Positions 1-11,275 of a stretch of 64,000 bases of DNA are shown piece after piece. Numbering within the stretch: position 1 is the first letter of the stretch; each line of letters opens with the position of its first letter. Under the pieces are notes generated by a model, which worked only from the letters and a program-made list of their open reading frames with translations, made no database searches and was not told the DNA's origin. The translations under genes were made by a program, and so were the position numbers. This stretch comes from Sulfolobaceae archaeon (GTDB lineage Archaea > Thermoproteota > Thermoprotei_A > Sulfolobales > Sulfolobaceae), in the NCBI GenBank assembly GCA_038893355.1, contig JAWARQ010000005.1, positions 64,001 through 128,000 on the forward strand, written 5' to 3'.

Positions 1-408
1 TATGTTTATAATAAATATAATCTAAATTATATTGAGATAGGAATTTTATCAACATTAGCAGAAATATTGGGAATGGTTCTAGTATTTTTACATTATAAAT
101 TAAAAAAGACAAAACACTTGTTAATAACTTCGCTTATTTTATTCTCCCTTATAGTATTAACATATTATACTCCTTTCACTGTCATTTTCTTTGGCTTATG
201 GGAAAGTATAATCCCATTATCTTTAGAATATACTATTCCTAAAGATTCTCCTAAATTAATATCGGTTATTAATTCATTGCAATCTATTGCATGGTTAATA
301 GGGTATCTAATTTCTTACTTAGTTAATACCCCTGATTTACTAATCATTCTATCTTCTATGCTGACTCTAGTTATTGCAATAGTTATTAATTCCATTAAAA
401 ATCAATAA
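1..408 (+). CDS. Multi-pass membrane protein, probably MFS transporter, C-terminal part (5' truncated by window)
   Basis: Frame 1 is open from base 1 (YVYNKYNLNYIEIGILSTLAEILG...); several hydrophobic helices. Confidence 0.55.
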   Translation, partial: YVYNKYNLNYIEIGILSTLAEILGMVLVFLHYKLKKTKHLLITSLILFSLIVLTYYTPFTVIFFGLWESIIPLSLEYTIPKDSPKLISVINSLQSIAWLIGYLISYLVNTPDLLIILSSMLTLVIAIVINSIKNQ

Positions 409-470
409 AATATAACTTCAATCCCAGAAAGATTATCATAGAATATAAACCTCTATTTTATATAATTTAA

Positions 471-2456
471 GTGATAATAATGAACATGGAAGGGTTTATT
501 GATGAATATAAAAAGAATCAAAATGAAAAAGAAGTAAGTGATTATAATTACAATATTTATAAAAAAATATATAAGGAGAGTATGGAAGAGCCGGAAAAAT
601 TTTGGACTAAGATTGCTAGCGAATTAATTGATTGGTTTAAACCATGGTATCAAGTATTTAAGCAAGATGGATATTTAACGAAATGGTTTATTGGTGGTGA
701 ACTAAATGCTAGCTATAATGCTGTAGATAGACATTTAAATTCACCTAGAAAATATAAGGCTGCAATAATTTGGGAAAGTGAAATAGGGGAAAGAAGAAGT
801 ATAACTTACCAGGAACTATTTTATGAGGTAAATAAGTGGTCTAATGCACTGAAACAATTAGGGGTAACTAAAGGTGATAGAGTTACAATATATATGCCAT
901 TAACCCCTGAAGGAATTATAGCAATGCTTGCAACAGTTAGGATAGGCGCAATACATAGCGTGGTATTTGCAGGATTTGGTGCTCAAGCACTAGCAGATCG
1001 GATACTTGATGCCGAATCTAAAGTAATTATTACTGCAGATGGTTTCTATAGAAGGGGTAAACTAGTAGAATTAAAGAAGACAGTTGATGAAGCTTTAAAG
1101 ATCTTAGGTGATAAAAGTCCAGTAAAAAATGTAATTATTTGGAGAAGGTTAGGCATAGAAGTTTCATTTAACGAGAAGAGGGATATCGAATTTGAAAAGA
1201 TTGGTAAGTATAAATATATAGAACCAGTTAGTGTAGAAGCTACACATCCATTGTATATCCTTTATACCTCCGGAACTACCGGTAAACCGAAGGGAATAGT
1301 TCATAGTACTGGTGGATATTTAGTAGGAACTGCATATATGGGAATTTTAACTTATGGTCTAGATGATGAAGATTCAGCCTTATATAATACCTCAGATATA
1401 GGATGGGTAGTTGGCCATTCCTATATTACCTACGCACCATTAGTATTAGGTAGGACTGTAATAATTTATGAGAGTGCACCAGACTATCCTTATCCTAGCA
1501 AATGGGCTGAAATAATAGAGAAGTACAGAGCTACAGCATTTGGAACATCAGCTACTGCATTAAGGTATATGATGAGGTATGGAGAGAACATTATAAAAGA
1601 TTATGATTTATCCTCTTTAAAGGTTATAATAACTAATGGAGAACCCTTAAACTTTGCACCATGGAAATTTGGATTAGAAGTTATAGGAAGAGGTAATGTT
1701 TACATGTCGCATCAATGGTGGCAAACGGAAACGGGAGCTCCGAATATAGGATATATGCCAGGTTTAATATACTTACGCATGAAGCCTGGGCCAGTCTGCG
1801 GGTTACCATTACCTGGTAATAGGGTGAAAGTTTATACTGATTCTGGCAATGAGGCTAGTCCAAATGAGAAAGGATACTTAGTTTTACTTCCGCCTTATCC
1901 ACCATCTATGATGATAGGTATGTGGAATGATGCTAATAGTGAGAGGTTATATAAGAGCTATTTTGCAAAATTCAAGGACGTTTACTATACTGGTGATTTT
2001 GCATATTATGATGAAGATGGATATATAACAGTAAGTGGAAGAGCTGATGAGACTATAAAAGTTGCTGGACATAGAATAGGTGCAGGTGAATTAGAATCGA
2101 TAATTACATCGCATCCAGCAGTCGCAGAGGCTGGAGTAGTAGGAATACCAGACCCAGTTAAGGGCGAATCTATACATGCTTTTGTAGTACTTAAACTGGG
2201 TTTTGAAAAAAGTGAAAGTTTAGCAAAGGACATCCAAGAACATGTAAAGAGGAACATGGGACCCATTGCAGTGCCGACAATACATTTTATTAGTAAGTTG
2301 CCTAAAACTAGATCGGGAAAGGTGATGAGGAGAGTAATCAAAGCTGTATTATTAGGAAATCCTATTGGGGATCTATCTACATTAGAGGATGAGGCATCGA
2401 TGGAGGAGATAAAAAAAGTTATCGAAGAGATGAAAAAAGAAGTTAACAAACTATAA
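471..2456 (+). CDS. AMP-forming acyl-CoA synthetase, most like 3-hydroxypropionyl-CoA synthetase of the 3HP/4HB cycle (acetate--CoA ligase family)
   Basis: [18 protein letters not shown] and [11 protein letters not shown] motifs; overall resemblance (from memory) to Metallosphaera 3-hydroxypropionyl-CoA synthetase. Confidence 0.85.
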   Translation: MIIMNMEGFIDEYKKNQNEKEVSDYNYNIYKKIYKESMEEPEKFWTKIASELIDWFKPWYQVFKQDGYLTKWFIGGELNASYNAVDRHLNSPRKYKAAIIWESEIGERRSITYQELFYEVNKWSNALKQLGVTKGDRVTIYMPLTPEGIIAMLATVRIGAIHSVVFAGFGAQALADRILDAESKVIITADGFYRRGKLVELKKTVDEALKILGDKSPVKNVIIWRRLGIEVSFNEKRDIEFEKIGKYKYIEPVSVEATHPLYILYTSGTTGKPKGIVHSTGGYLVGTAYMGILTYGLDDEDSALYNTSDIGWVVGHSYITYAPLVLGRTVIIYESAPDYPYPSKWAEIIEKYRATAFGTSATALRYMMRYGENIIKDYDLSSLKVIITNGEPLNFAPWKFGLEVIGRGNVYMSHQWWQTETGAPNIGYMPGLIYLRMKPGPVCGLPLPGNRVKVYTDSGNEASPNEKGYLVLLPPYPPSMMIGMWNDANSERLYKSYFAKFKDVYYTGDFAYYDEDGYITVSGRADETIKVAGHRIGAGELESIITSHPAVAEAGVVGIPDPVKGESIHAFVVLKLGFEKSESLAKDIQEHVKRNMGPIAVPTIHFISKLPKTRSGKVMRRVIKAVLLGNPIGDLSTLEDEASMEEIKKVIEEMKKEVNKL

Positions 2457-3149
2457 TTATTTCTTAAAATTAAAAGCCTTATTAAAATTATTTTTAATTA
2501 TCTTATTTAATTCGTTTATATCTATTTCCTTTACTTTAGATATATATTCTAAAGCTTCTATTATATGTATAGGCTCAAGCATTCTACCTCTATACTCATA
2601 TCCACCATCGCTCTCCGTTAAGATGATGCTTATATCTGCCTTCTCTACTACCTCCTGATGTTTTTTCTGAAACGTTACGGATGGGTTAACAGTTATGAAG
2701 TAACCCATAGCCTCTATATCCTTCAAGAGATCAATCGGCCCGGTATACCAATGAAATATGGCCCTCTTAACGTTATATTTTACTAATAAGTCAAAAGTTT
2801 CTCTCCATGCATCTAATGCATGTACATTTAAGGTCTTATCTTCCGAATTAAGAATAAATTTCTTAAAAACCTCAATCTGGAGGTCTTTTGGGGCCTTAGC
2901 AAATCTAAAATCTAAACCAACCTCCCCTATGAAGTCTGCATTATTTATAAGTGGTAAAACTCTTTCAATATTCTCCTCATGAACTCTCCATGGGTGAATT
3001 CCAATTCCTCTTAAAATATTCTTATCGGAAATTGAAAGAGTTTCAATTGAAGTAAGATAATCCATTGAAACTGCTGCTATTATAAAATCTTTATATTTTT
3101 TACTTTTAATAAAATTATAATGACAATGTGCATCATAAAAATAATTCAT
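2457..3149 (-). CDS. tatD: TatD family nuclease
   Basis: DAHCH, GIHPW, IGEVGLD, FHWY and LTESDG motifs. Confidence 0.9.
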   Translation of the reverse strand: MNYFYDAHCHYNFIKSKKYKDFIIAAVSMDYLTSIETLSISDKNILRGIGIHPWRVHEENIERVLPLINNADFIGEVGLDFRFAKAPKDLQIEVFKKFILNSEDKTLNVHALDAWRETFDLLVKYNVKRAIFHWYTGPIDLLKDIEAMGYFITVNPSVTFQKKHQEVVEKADISIILTESDGGYEYRGRMLEPIHIIEALEYISKVKEIDINELNKIIKNNFNKAFNFKK

Positions 3150-3170
3150 ACCATGGATAATAAAATAATT

Positions 3171-3563
3171 TCAGCTTAATAAAATCGTTACTCTAACATC
3201 AATGTAGTCCCCCAAAAATCTAAACGTCAAATTCTTATTAGAGTAGAAGCTATATTTTAAATAACTGCCATACTCATTAATTACTACTTTTGAATTATTA
3301 TATAGAATTATATGAATTGGCATCACTGACGTTATGGTTATGTTAACTTTACCTGCATGATCTAAACTTATTGGGTATGAGATATCAGAAGTAGAATTAG
3401 AGGTTATATGAAATTGATAGATAAGATAAGTAAAGTTAGATAACTCCTTTGTCTCTATCGTTTGTGGTGAAGAAGATACTTGATTTGATGGAGTTAAATG
3501 CGTTAATACAAAAACGATCCCTAAAATTAAAATCATTGCAATTATTATTTTAGCTACAGCCAT
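3171..3563 (-). CDS. Hypothetical N-terminally membrane-anchored/secreted protein
   Basis: N-terminal hydrophobic helix then Ser/Asn-rich beta-type domain with NxS/T sites. Confidence 0.6.
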   Translation of the reverse strand: MAVAKIIIAMILILGIVFVLTHLTPSNQVSSSPQTIETKELSNFTYLIYQFHITSNSTSDISYPISLDHAGKVNITITSVMPIHIILYNNSKVVINEYGSYLKYSFYSNKNLTFRFLGDYIDVRVTILLS

Positions 3564-3628
3564 GTGGTATTTCTAACGTTGTATTATCTTTTAAATAGTT
3601 GTATTCGGTAATACAAAATAGAGTTCTA

Positions 3629-4096
3629 TTAATTATAATAATTTCTTAAATCTAATATTCCCAAAACTTCACCATCTCCATTATAAACTATCTTAAAACC
3701 TAGCTTCTTACCTAGTTTTATCATTGGAGTATTTGTTGCCAATGCATAAAATTTAATCTGTGGTAAACCGAGCTTTTTTGCCTCATTAATTATGAACTTC
3801 AGAAGATTATATCCTATACCATGATTCCTATATCTAGGGTCTACTACTATTCCAAATTCTCCATCACCACATAATGTTACTTCACCTACTATTTCTCCAT
3901 TTACCTCAGCAACTACTATTATCTTATCTTTAGAAGTCAAATTTCTTATTATATCTTCTTTAAATATTTTCCTTAAGGAAAAGAATCTATAATATATGTC
4001 TTCAGCAGATAGCCTCTGATATAATTTATAAATTTTATCAGCATCTTCAATCGTAGCAAATCTGTACTTAATTAATAATCCTTCTTGCTGTAACAT
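3629..4096 (-). CDS. pat: GNAT protein acetyltransferase (Sulfolobales Pat-like)
   Basis: LSAEDIYYRFF, YRNHGIG acetyl-CoA motif, NTPMIKLGKKLGF. Confidence 0.8.
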   Translation of the reverse strand: MLQQEGLLIKYRFATIEDADKIYKLYQRLSAEDIYYRFFSLRKIFKEDIIRNLTSKDKIIVVAEVNGEIVGEVTLCGDGEFGIVVDPRYRNHGIGYNLLKFIINEAKKLGLPQIKFYALATNTPMIKLGKKLGFKIVYNGDGEVLGILDLRNYYN

Positions 4097-4224
4097 TTCT
4101 ATCTGTGTTTATACTTTTGAATTTAGATTTAAATCTTTATCCCCTATACTTATACACAAATTTACATGTTTAAATATAAGTGTAAAGCTGTGTTGCAAAA
4201 TTTATATTATATTTTATTATCAAG

Positions 4225-4290
4225 AAAAATATGATGATGAGAAAAGGGTACAGATAAAAAATGAAGAAGGTCTTGAGTACTGATATTTTT
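4225..4290 (+). ncRNA. Box C/D sRNA
   Basis: C ATGATGA (4231-4237), D' CAGA (4251-4254), C' ATGAAGA (4261-4267), 12-nt guide, D CTGA (4280-4283); terminal stem aaaaatat/atattttt. Confidence 0.85.
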
Positions 4291-4314
4291 AATGGATAAA
4301 GACTAAGTTATATC

Positions 4315-5688
4315 ATGGGTAGGCTATTTGGTACTGACGGTGTAAGGGGTGTTATTAATAGAGAATTAACTCCAGAACTTGCACTTAGGTTAGGAAAGGC
4401 AATTGGTTCTTATTTCGGTAAAGGTTCAAAGATACTTATAGGGAGGGATGTTAGAGCTGGTGGGGAGATGATACTAAGAGCATTGGAAAGTGGCTTGTTA
4501 AGTGTGGGAGTTAGAGTATTTGAAGGTGGTTTAGCACCAACTCCTGCACTACAATATGCTGTCAAAACTTTAGGGTACGATGGGGGAGTAATAGTTACTG
4601 CTAGCCATAATCCGCCAGAGTATAATGGTATAAAGGTAATAAGTCATGAAGGTATAGAAATTAATAGAGAAGCTGAAGAGGAAGTAGAGGAGTACTTCTT
4701 TAATGAGAAGTTTCTCTCAGTAGATTGGCTAGAATTATTTAATGAAGTAAAAAAGGAGGACAAAGTCATATCGAATTATGTTCAAGGAATTTTATCACAT
4801 GTAGATAAAGAAAAGATTTGTTCAAAAAATTTTAGAGTTTTAATTGATCCAGGGAATAGTGTTGGATCATTAACGTCACCAACAATAGCTAGAGAGTTAT
4901 GCTGTAAGTATTATGTAATTAATGGAAATTTAGACCCTTATTTTCCTGCAAGACATCCAGAGCCTACTATGGAAACATTACAGGAAACATCGATAATAGC
5001 TAAGAGCCTTGGCGTAGATTTAGGTGTGGCACATGATGGTGATGCAGATAGAGCGATATTTATAGATTCGTTAGGTAGGATTCAATGGGGTGATAGAAGT
5101 GGTACTTTATTAGCAGAATATGCATGGAATAAGGAAAAAGGAGGAACTAGGCAGAAAGTAGTTGTTACTGCAGTATCTTCATCTGGGCTTGTAGAGGAGT
5201 ATCTTTCTCCTAAATCATTTAGAATTGTGTGGACTCCCGTGGGGAGTATAGGAATTGCATATAAGTTAAAGCAAGAGAACGGCATAGCGGGATTTGAGGA
5301 AAATGGTGGTTTTATTTTTCCTCCTCATCAATATGTAAGGGATGGTGGGATGACTTTTGCACTAATGCTAGAGTTACTAGCTATCGAGAATATTTCCTCT
5401 GCAGAACTTTTTAATAAATTACCAAACTATTATCCTTTAAAAACGAAAATACCTTTAAATAAAGTTAAAAACGTTAATAAGCTATATGAAGATTTGATAA
5501 GAATATATGGCAATAAAGGTACTGTAATAACTATTGATGGGGTTAAAGTTATTGGGAAAGATTTTTGGTTTCTAGTTAGAAAGAGTGGTACTGAGCCTAT
5601 ATTGAGAATCATGCTAGAGGCTAAAGATGTTGAATCTGCACAAAAATTATTAAGTGAAATTCAGAAGTTAGCATTAGAAGGAAGTTGA
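4315..5688 (+). CDS. glmM: Phosphohexomutase (phosphoglucosamine/phosphogluco-mannomutase)
   Basis: [20 protein letters not shown] and RKSGTEP motifs. Confidence 0.9.
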   Translation: MGRLFGTDGVRGVINRELTPELALRLGKAIGSYFGKGSKILIGRDVRAGGEMILRALESGLLSVGVRVFEGGLAPTPALQYAVKTLGYDGGVIVTASHNPPEYNGIKVISHEGIEINREAEEEVEEYFFNEKFLSVDWLELFNEVKKEDKVISNYVQGILSHVDKEKICSKNFRVLIDPGNSVGSLTSPTIARELCCKYYVINGNLDPYFPARHPEPTMETLQETSIIAKSLGVDLGVAHDGDADRAIFIDSLGRIQWGDRSGTLLAEYAWNKEKGGTRQKVVVTAVSSSGLVEEYLSPKSFRIVWTPVGSIGIAYKLKQENGIAGFEENGGFIFPPHQYVRDGGMTFALMLELLAIENISSAELFNKLPNYYPLKTKIPLNKVKNVNKLYEDLIRIYGNKGTVITIDGVKVIGKDFWFLVRKSGTEPILRIMLEAKDVESAQKLLSEIQKLALEGS

Positions 5689-6068
5689 AGTATAGGTTAA
5701 TGGATCTTTTAGCTTGTCCTATGTGCAAGAAATTTCCTCTAAGGCTATTTATATTTTCAAAAAATACTGTACAAAGAGAAATTAATGAAACAAAGCCTTT
5801 ATGTGAAATTTATTGTTCATATAAAGATAGGCAAGTTAGTGAACTTCAAAATCCTCCTTGCGAGGAATGTATAAAATACGAAATTGTGGAAGGCCTATTA
5901 TATTGTGATAATTGTAGGAGATGGTATCCTATAATAGATGAAATCCCTAGAATGCTACCAGATAATTTAAGAAGAAAAGAAGAGGAATTAAAATTTTTGG
6001 CTAGACATAAGGATGAATTACCTAAAGATATAGTGGAGAATGGCCTTCCATTTAACCTTAAGAGTTAA
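5685..6068 (+). CDS. Trm112 family methyltransferase activator
   Basis: [10 protein letters not shown] ... [23 protein letters not shown]; TTG start overlaps upstream stop. Confidence 0.85.
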   Translation: MKYRLMDLLACPMCKKFPLRLFIFSKNTVQREINETKPLCEIYCSYKDRQVSELQNPPCEECIKYEIVEGLLYCDNCRRWYPIIDEIPRMLPDNLRRKEEELKFLARHKDELPKDIVENGLPFNLKS

Positions 6069-6106
6069 CTATTAGAGCTTATTAAGGGGGAAAGTGATAA
6101 GAAACT

Positions 6107-6541
6107 ATGGGACAACAAATGGAAAGCGGATTTCTCGCAAATTTAGATGAATGGATAAAAATGCAAAAAAATTTATTGAATACATTAAGAGAGCTTGAGA
6201 AGAAGTATGCAAATGAGACAGAGGATAGATTAGATTTAATACTAGCAGCAAGAACTGCATTCCAGCATATTATAAGAACTATAAGAGCTTTTGATCAATG
6301 GTTACAAGATCCTATGGTAATTAAGCATATGCCTAAAGAAATGCTAGAAGATGTTAGGAAAACTAGTTGGTCCTTATTACAACAATTATTAGAGCTTGAT
6401 ATTAGACATACTACTCAATTTAAAGAAATAATAATGAAGTTAAGTAAAGAAGGGAAATTAGATCCATTAATTTGGACCAGACCGTTAATTAGTGAAGAAC
6501 AAGGGGTACAAGGAAGAAGAGGTACAATGACTACGATGTAA
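6107..6541 (+). CDS. DUF2153 family protein
   Basis: [24 protein letters not shown] motif. Confidence 0.75.
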   Translation: MGQQMESGFLANLDEWIKMQKNLLNTLRELEKKYANETEDRLDLILAARTAFQHIIRTIRAFDQWLQDPMVIKHMPKEMLEDVRKTSWSLLQQLLELDIRHTTQFKEIIMKLSKEGKLDPLIWTRPLISEEQGVQGRRGTMTTM

Positions 6542-6542
6542 A

Positions 6543-7013
6543 TTATCTCCTAAGCATTTTTCTTTCATTCCTTAACTTTAGCATGTATTCTTGCTCTATT
6601 GCTGTAATTTTAGTTTTTAACTCGTTTAAAGCCTGATTTAAATTATTTTTAAATCCTTCATCTATACTTGAATTTTCGAGAACTTCTAAGCCTTTATTAG
6701 TAACCTTAAGGCGCTTTGTAACTTGATCTATCTCGATGTAACCTAGATATAATAATGAAGTGATATCTTCCTTTAAAGCAGGGCTCGAAATATTATTTCC
6801 TATTTGTATAATATTATAGCCTAAATCTATACTTTTATTTTTTAACTCATTTATCAATAATAACATACCTTTTTCTGAAATACTTTCCATTTGCTTTATT
6901 AAATAAAGTAGATATAATTTTTTCTTATCTTCTAGAATTATATTAGGGTTAATTACTTGTTTTGTAACTATTTTTAACTCCTTCCTGCTAGTCTGTGACC
7001 CAGCTTGTGACAA
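6543..7013 (-). CDS. Hypothetical winged-helix-like protein
   Basis: 156 aa ORF; LLYLGYIE...LKVTNKG wHTH-like wing. Confidence 0.6.
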   Translation of the reverse strand: MSQAGSQTSRKELKIVTKQVINPNIILEDKKKLYLLYLIKQMESISEKGMLLLINELKNKSIDLGYNIIQIGNNISSPALKEDITSLLYLGYIEIDQVTKRLKVTNKGLEVLENSSIDEGFKNNLNQALNELKTKITAIEQEYMLKLRNERKMLRR

Positions 7014-7034
7014 AATTTAACACCTAATACTAAT

Positions 7035-7724
7035 TTATTTCATCCCCTTTATTATCTTAACGATCTCGAGCGTTGAAGCATAAGGGTCTCTGCTCCTAGT
7101 TATCGCACTACCGACGACGTAAATATTTATAGGTAAATTAATAAGATTAATTATATTACTAGAATTAAGACCACCAGCAACAGAGACTAACACGCCTAAT
7201 CTACTTATTTCTTTAATCTCTTCATGCAACTCAGCTACTGTAATTCCTCTTTTTCTTTGAACATCAATACCAACATGTAAGCCTATAATATCCACTCCTA
7301 GATCTCTCAATTCTTTAGATCTTTGTACAACATCTTTTACATTAATTAGATCAGCTTCAACAAGCATTTCATTTTCTCTTGCCTTCTTTACAGCAATTTC
7401 TATAGTTGAGTCGTCCATTATGCCCAATACTGTAATTATATCTGAGCCACCAATCTTTGCAATCTCAACTTCTATATCGCCTGCATCCGCTGTTTTCATG
7501 TCTGCTAAAAGAACCTTATTACCAATGTTTTCCCTTAAGGTTCTTAAACCTCTATATCCTTCTGCCTTTATTAGGGGAGTTCCAGCTTCGATTATGTCTG
7601 CACCAGCATCAATGGCCTTCTGAGCTATCCTTACTGCATCTTGTATATTTGTTAAATCTAGTGCAACTTGTAAATTTTTCCTTTCCCTTAACTTTCTTAA
7701 TAATTCCTCTCTCACAATTTTCAA
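7035..7724 (-). CDS. hps: 3-hexulose-6-phosphate synthase (OMPDC/HUMPS family)
   Basis: LQVALD, IIEAGTPLIK, ADMKTADAG, HVGID and VAGG motifs. Confidence 0.88.
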   Translation of the reverse strand: MKIVREELLRKLRERKNLQVALDLTNIQDAVRIAQKAIDAGADIIEAGTPLIKAEGYRGLRTLRENIGNKVLLADMKTADAGDIEVEIAKIGGSDIITVLGIMDDSTIEIAVKKARENEMLVEADLINVKDVVQRSKELRDLGVDIIGLHVGIDVQRKRGITVAELHEEIKEISRLGVLVSVAGGLNSSNIINLINLPINIYVVGSAITRSRDPYASTLEIVKIIKGMK

Positions 7725-7800
7725 ATAGGATAGGGTATTATTAATTTAGCCTATAGTTTAGATTTAAAAGTTGTAGATGTGTAATTTCTCTGTGATTTAA

Positions 7801-9396
7801 TTGAAATATATAATTATTACTGGTGGGGTATTGTCTAGCGTAGGTAAGGGTACGGTTGCTGCATCAATTGGATTGCTATTGAAGTCTAGAGGTTATAATG
7901 TAACCTTAGTTAAGATAGATCCTTATTTAAATGTCGATGCAGGCACTATGAATCCATATGCACATGGAGAAGTATTTGTTACTGAAGATGGTGCAGAAAC
8001 TGACCTAGATTTAGGACATTATGAGAGATTCGTAGACATTCAAACGAGTAAGTATAATAATATCACTGCTGGAAAGGTTTATTTCGAGGTTATTAAAAAG
8101 GAAAGAGAGGGTAAGTATTTAGGCCAAACTGTTCAAATAATTCCACATGTAACTGATGAAATTAAAAGTATGATAAGGAAGGCGGGTAAGAATTCTAATG
8201 CAGAGATAATTGTTGTTGAAATTGGTGGAACTGTAGGTGATATCGAGGGTTTACCATTTCTTGAAGCAGTAAGACAACTTAAATTAGAGGAAGAAGATAA
8301 TGTAATTTTTATCCATGTTGCATTAGTAGAATATCTTAAGGTAACTGGAGAACTAAAAACTAAACCATTACAGCATAGTGTTCAAGAACTAAGAAGAATT
8401 GGAATACAGCCAGATATTATAATTGCAAGATCTAGTATTCCTTTAGATGAAGAGACTAAAAGAAAGATAGCATTATTCACAAACGTAAAACCGGAATATA
8501 TCTTTAGTAATTATGATGTAAATCTCGTATATGAAGTTCCTATAGTGCTAGAGGAACAAGGATTAGGAAAAGCGATTATTAAAAAATTAAAACTTGCAGA
8601 TAGAGAGCTAGATCTTACAGACTGGATAAAGTTCATTAATAATCTGAAATCTGCTGAACATGAAGTAAATATTGCATTGGTTGGAAAATATACAAAACTA
8701 AAAGATAGTTATATTAGTATAAAAGAGGCAATATATCATGCATCTGCACTACTTAAGCTTAAACCTAATTTAATTTGGATAGATTCTACTGAACTCGAAA
8801 ATAATAGTGAAGCAATGGAAAAATTAAAAAAAGTTGACGGAATAATAGTACTTCCAGGATTTGGAGCTAGAGGTGTGGAAGGAAAGATTAATGCGATTAG
8901 GTTTGCTAGAGAGAATAATATTCCATTTTTAGGAATTTGTTTCGGGCTTCAGTTAGCTGTAGTAGAGTTCGCTAGAAACGTAATAGGACTTAAAAATGCA
9001 CATACTACAGAGGTAGACCCAAATACTCCACATCCAGTAATAACTTTACTTGATGACCAGAAGAACATAACACAAATTGGAGGTACGATGAGGTTAGGCG
9101 CACAGAAGATAATATTAAAGGAAGATACGTTAATTTATTCAATTTATAAATCCAAAGTCATTACAGAAAGGCATAGACATAGATATGAAGTAAACCCAGC
9201 ATATGTAGATATTCTAGAGAAGTATGGTTTAGTTATATCTGGGGTTAGTGAAAATGGTTTAGTTGAGGTAATAGAGTTACCTTCTCATAAATTCTTTGTA
9301 GCCACTCAATTTCATCCAGAATTTAAGAGTAGACCGTTAAGACCCTCACCACTATTTGTCAGTTTCTTGAAAGCTTGTAGTGGTTTGCGAACTTAA
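7801..9396 (+). CDS. pyrG: CTP synthase
   Basis: [32 protein letters not shown] and QFHPE motifs. Confidence 0.97.
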   Translation: MKYIIITGGVLSSVGKGTVAASIGLLLKSRGYNVTLVKIDPYLNVDAGTMNPYAHGEVFVTEDGAETDLDLGHYERFVDIQTSKYNNITAGKVYFEVIKKEREGKYLGQTVQIIPHVTDEIKSMIRKAGKNSNAEIIVVEIGGTVGDIEGLPFLEAVRQLKLEEEDNVIFIHVALVEYLKVTGELKTKPLQHSVQELRRIGIQPDIIIARSSIPLDEETKRKIALFTNVKPEYIFSNYDVNLVYEVPIVLEEQGLGKAIIKKLKLADRELDLTDWIKFINNLKSAEHEVNIALVGKYTKLKDSYISIKEAIYHASALLKLKPNLIWIDSTELENNSEAMEKLKKVDGIIVLPGFGARGVEGKINAIRFARENNIPFLGICFGLQLAVVEFARNVIGLKNAHTTEVDPNTPHPVITLLDDQKNITQIGGTMRLGAQKIILKEDTLIYSIYKSKVITERHRHRYEVNPAYVDILEKYGLVISGVSENGLVEVIELPSHKFFVATQFHPEFKSRPLRPSPLFVSFLKACSGLRT

Positions 9397-9663
9397 GTCT
9401 ATTATTATTTTGTCATATTTCAGTTTCACTAGCTTTTTTAGACCTTTAATCCCTGGGCCATAACTTATTTCAACAAGTCCTAAGGATTCTAAAAGTGAGA
9501 TCTGACTACTTATATTACCTTTACTCATTTTTAATATTTCACTTATCTCTGTAACTCCTAAACTCTCCTTTCCAATTAATTTTAATATTTTAACTCGGGT
9601 TATCGAGGATAAAGCTTCAGAGATTTTTGCTATATCCTCTGGATTAGATATAATTAATTCCAT
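9352..9663 (-). CDS. ArsR-family HTH transcriptional regulator
   Basis: [11 protein letters not shown]...[27 protein letters not shown]. Confidence 0.8.
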   Translation of the reverse strand: MELIISNPEDIAKISEALSSITRVKILKLIGKESLGVTEISEILKMSKGNISSQISLLESLGLVEISYGPGIKGLKKLVKLKYDKIIIDLSSQTTTSFQETDK

Positions 9664-9774
9664 AATTAATAAGTCAGAAAATAAAAACTCTTAAATCGAT
9701 TCCCTAATCATAATAATTTAGGGGAGTTTAGTGATATTATATTTATATAGCCAATTTGTACTTACGTTTAATGA

Positions 9775-10056
9775 GTGAATTACTTGAGTCAGACAAAAAC
9801 AGATAGTCCATTAAAAAATCTTAGAACTGCAGTAAATAGAATAGTATTGGTAAAATTAAAAGATGGTACAACTTATATTGGAAAACTAGAACAAAGCGAT
9901 GCTACAATGAATTTAGTATTGAGAGATTCCACAGAAATAAGAGAAGGTACTTCAGAGCCAGTTGCTAAATATGGTAGGGTATTGATAAGGGGAAGTAATA
10001 TACTTTATGTTAGCGTAGACTATGAGACTATAATGAATAAGGAGGGAACTAAATAA
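9775..10056 (+). CDS. Sm-like archaeal protein (SmAP/LSm)
   Basis: Sm1 [20 protein letters not shown] and Sm2 LIRGSNI motifs; the start may be the TTG at 9784. Confidence 0.9.
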   Translation: MNYLSQTKTDSPLKNLRTAVNRIVLVKLKDGTTYIGKLEQSDATMNLVLRDSTEIREGTSEPVAKYGRVLIRGSNILYVSVDYETIMNKEGTK

Positions 10057-10057
10057 A

Positions 10058-11275
10058 ATGAGAAATATAGTAGTGCAACCTTCTAAAATTCCTGACATAA
10101 ATTCATTACCAGTAGAATTAGTAGAGAGAAAAGGAACAGGGCATCCAGATTATATTGCAGATTCCGCTTCAGAAGAAGCTAGTAGAAAGCTTTCTCTATA
10201 CTATCTGAAAAATTATTCCACAATTTTACATCACAATTTAGATAAAACACTAGTTGTAGGAGGTCAGGCATCTCCAAAGTTTAAAGGTGGAGAAGTATTA
10301 CAACCTATATACATAATAGTATCTGGAAGGGCTACAACAGAAGTTAAGACAGAGTCTGGAGTTGAACAAATACCGGTAGGTACGATAATTATTGAGAGTG
10401 TTAAGGAATGGATTAAAAATAATTTTAGATATCTTGATCCTGAGAGGCATGTAATAATTGACTATAAAATAGGAAAAGGTTCTATTGACCTAGTAGGATT
10501 ATTTGAAGCAGGAAAGAAAAGTACTCCACTTTCTAATGATACTAGTTTTGGTGTAGGATTTGCTCCATTTTCAGATTTAGAGAACTTGGTATTTCAAACA
10601 GAAAGGTTATTAAATTCAAGAGAATTTAAAGCGAAGTTACCAGAAACTGGGGAAGATGTAAAGGTTATGGGTTTAAGAAAGGGAAAAGAAATTGATCTTA
10701 CAATTGCAGTTGCTATGATTAGTAAGTTAATAGAAGATCAGCAACATTACTTATCGGTTAAAGAACAAGTTAAAAATGAAGTACTTAAACTTGCATCAAG
10801 ACTTGTTCCAGATTATGAAGTTAGAGTACATGTAAATACTGGAGACAAGATAGAGAGGGGTATATTCTACCTAACAGTAACGGGAACTTCTGCAGAACAT
10901 GGAGATGATGGTATGACTGGAAGAGGTAATAGAGCTACTGGATTAATAACTCCAATGAGACCTATGTCATTAGAAGCTACAGCGGGTAAGAATCCCGTTA
11001 GTCATGTAGGTAAAATATATAATGTTATTGCGAATCTAATAGCAAAAAAGGTTGTAAGTGAAGTTAAGGAAGTTAGGAATGTGCAAGTAGAAATTTTAGG
11101 TCAGATAGGAAGACCAATAGATGACCCGTTAGTGGCAAATGTAGAAATTTCAACATATACTGGCGAAATTACGCAGAATGTAAAGAGAGAAGTTGAAGGA
11201 ATAGTAGATGAAGAATTAGCTAATATTAATAAAATCACGGAAATTATATTAGAAGGAAAGACTATCTTGTTTTAA
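10058..11275 (+). CDS. mat: Archaeal S-adenosylmethionine synthetase
   Basis: [24 protein letters not shown] and [13 protein letters not shown] motifs. Confidence 0.95.
   Translation: MRNIVVQPSKIPDINSLPVELVERKGTGHPDYIADSASEEASRKLSLYYLKNYSTILHHNLDKTLVVGGQASPKFKGGEVLQPIYIIVSGRATTEVKTESGVEQIPVGTIIIESVKEWIKNNFRYLDPERHVIIDYKIGKGSIDLVGLFEAGKKSTPLSNDTSFGVGFAPFSDLENLVFQTERLLNSREFKAKLPETGEDVKVMGLRKGKEIDLTIAVAMISKLIEDQQHYLSVKEQVKNEVLKLASRLVPDYEVRVHVNTGDKIERGIFYLTVTGTSAEHGDDGMTGRGNRATGLITPMRPMSLEATAGKNPVSHVGKIYNVIANLIAKKVVSEVKEVRNVQVEILGQIGRPIDDPLVANVEISTYTGEITQNVKREVEGIVDEELANINKITEIILEGKTILF

Noticed and set aside
4128-4180. Palindrome AGATTTAAATCT and ACTTATA/TATAAGT inverted repeat upstream of pat
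   Set aside because: AT-rich and coincides with expected TATA elements; not distinguishable from chance
9671-9708. Minus-strand ATGATTA...CTGA as a possible C/D sRNA
   Set aside because: Degenerate C box, too short, no D'/C' pair
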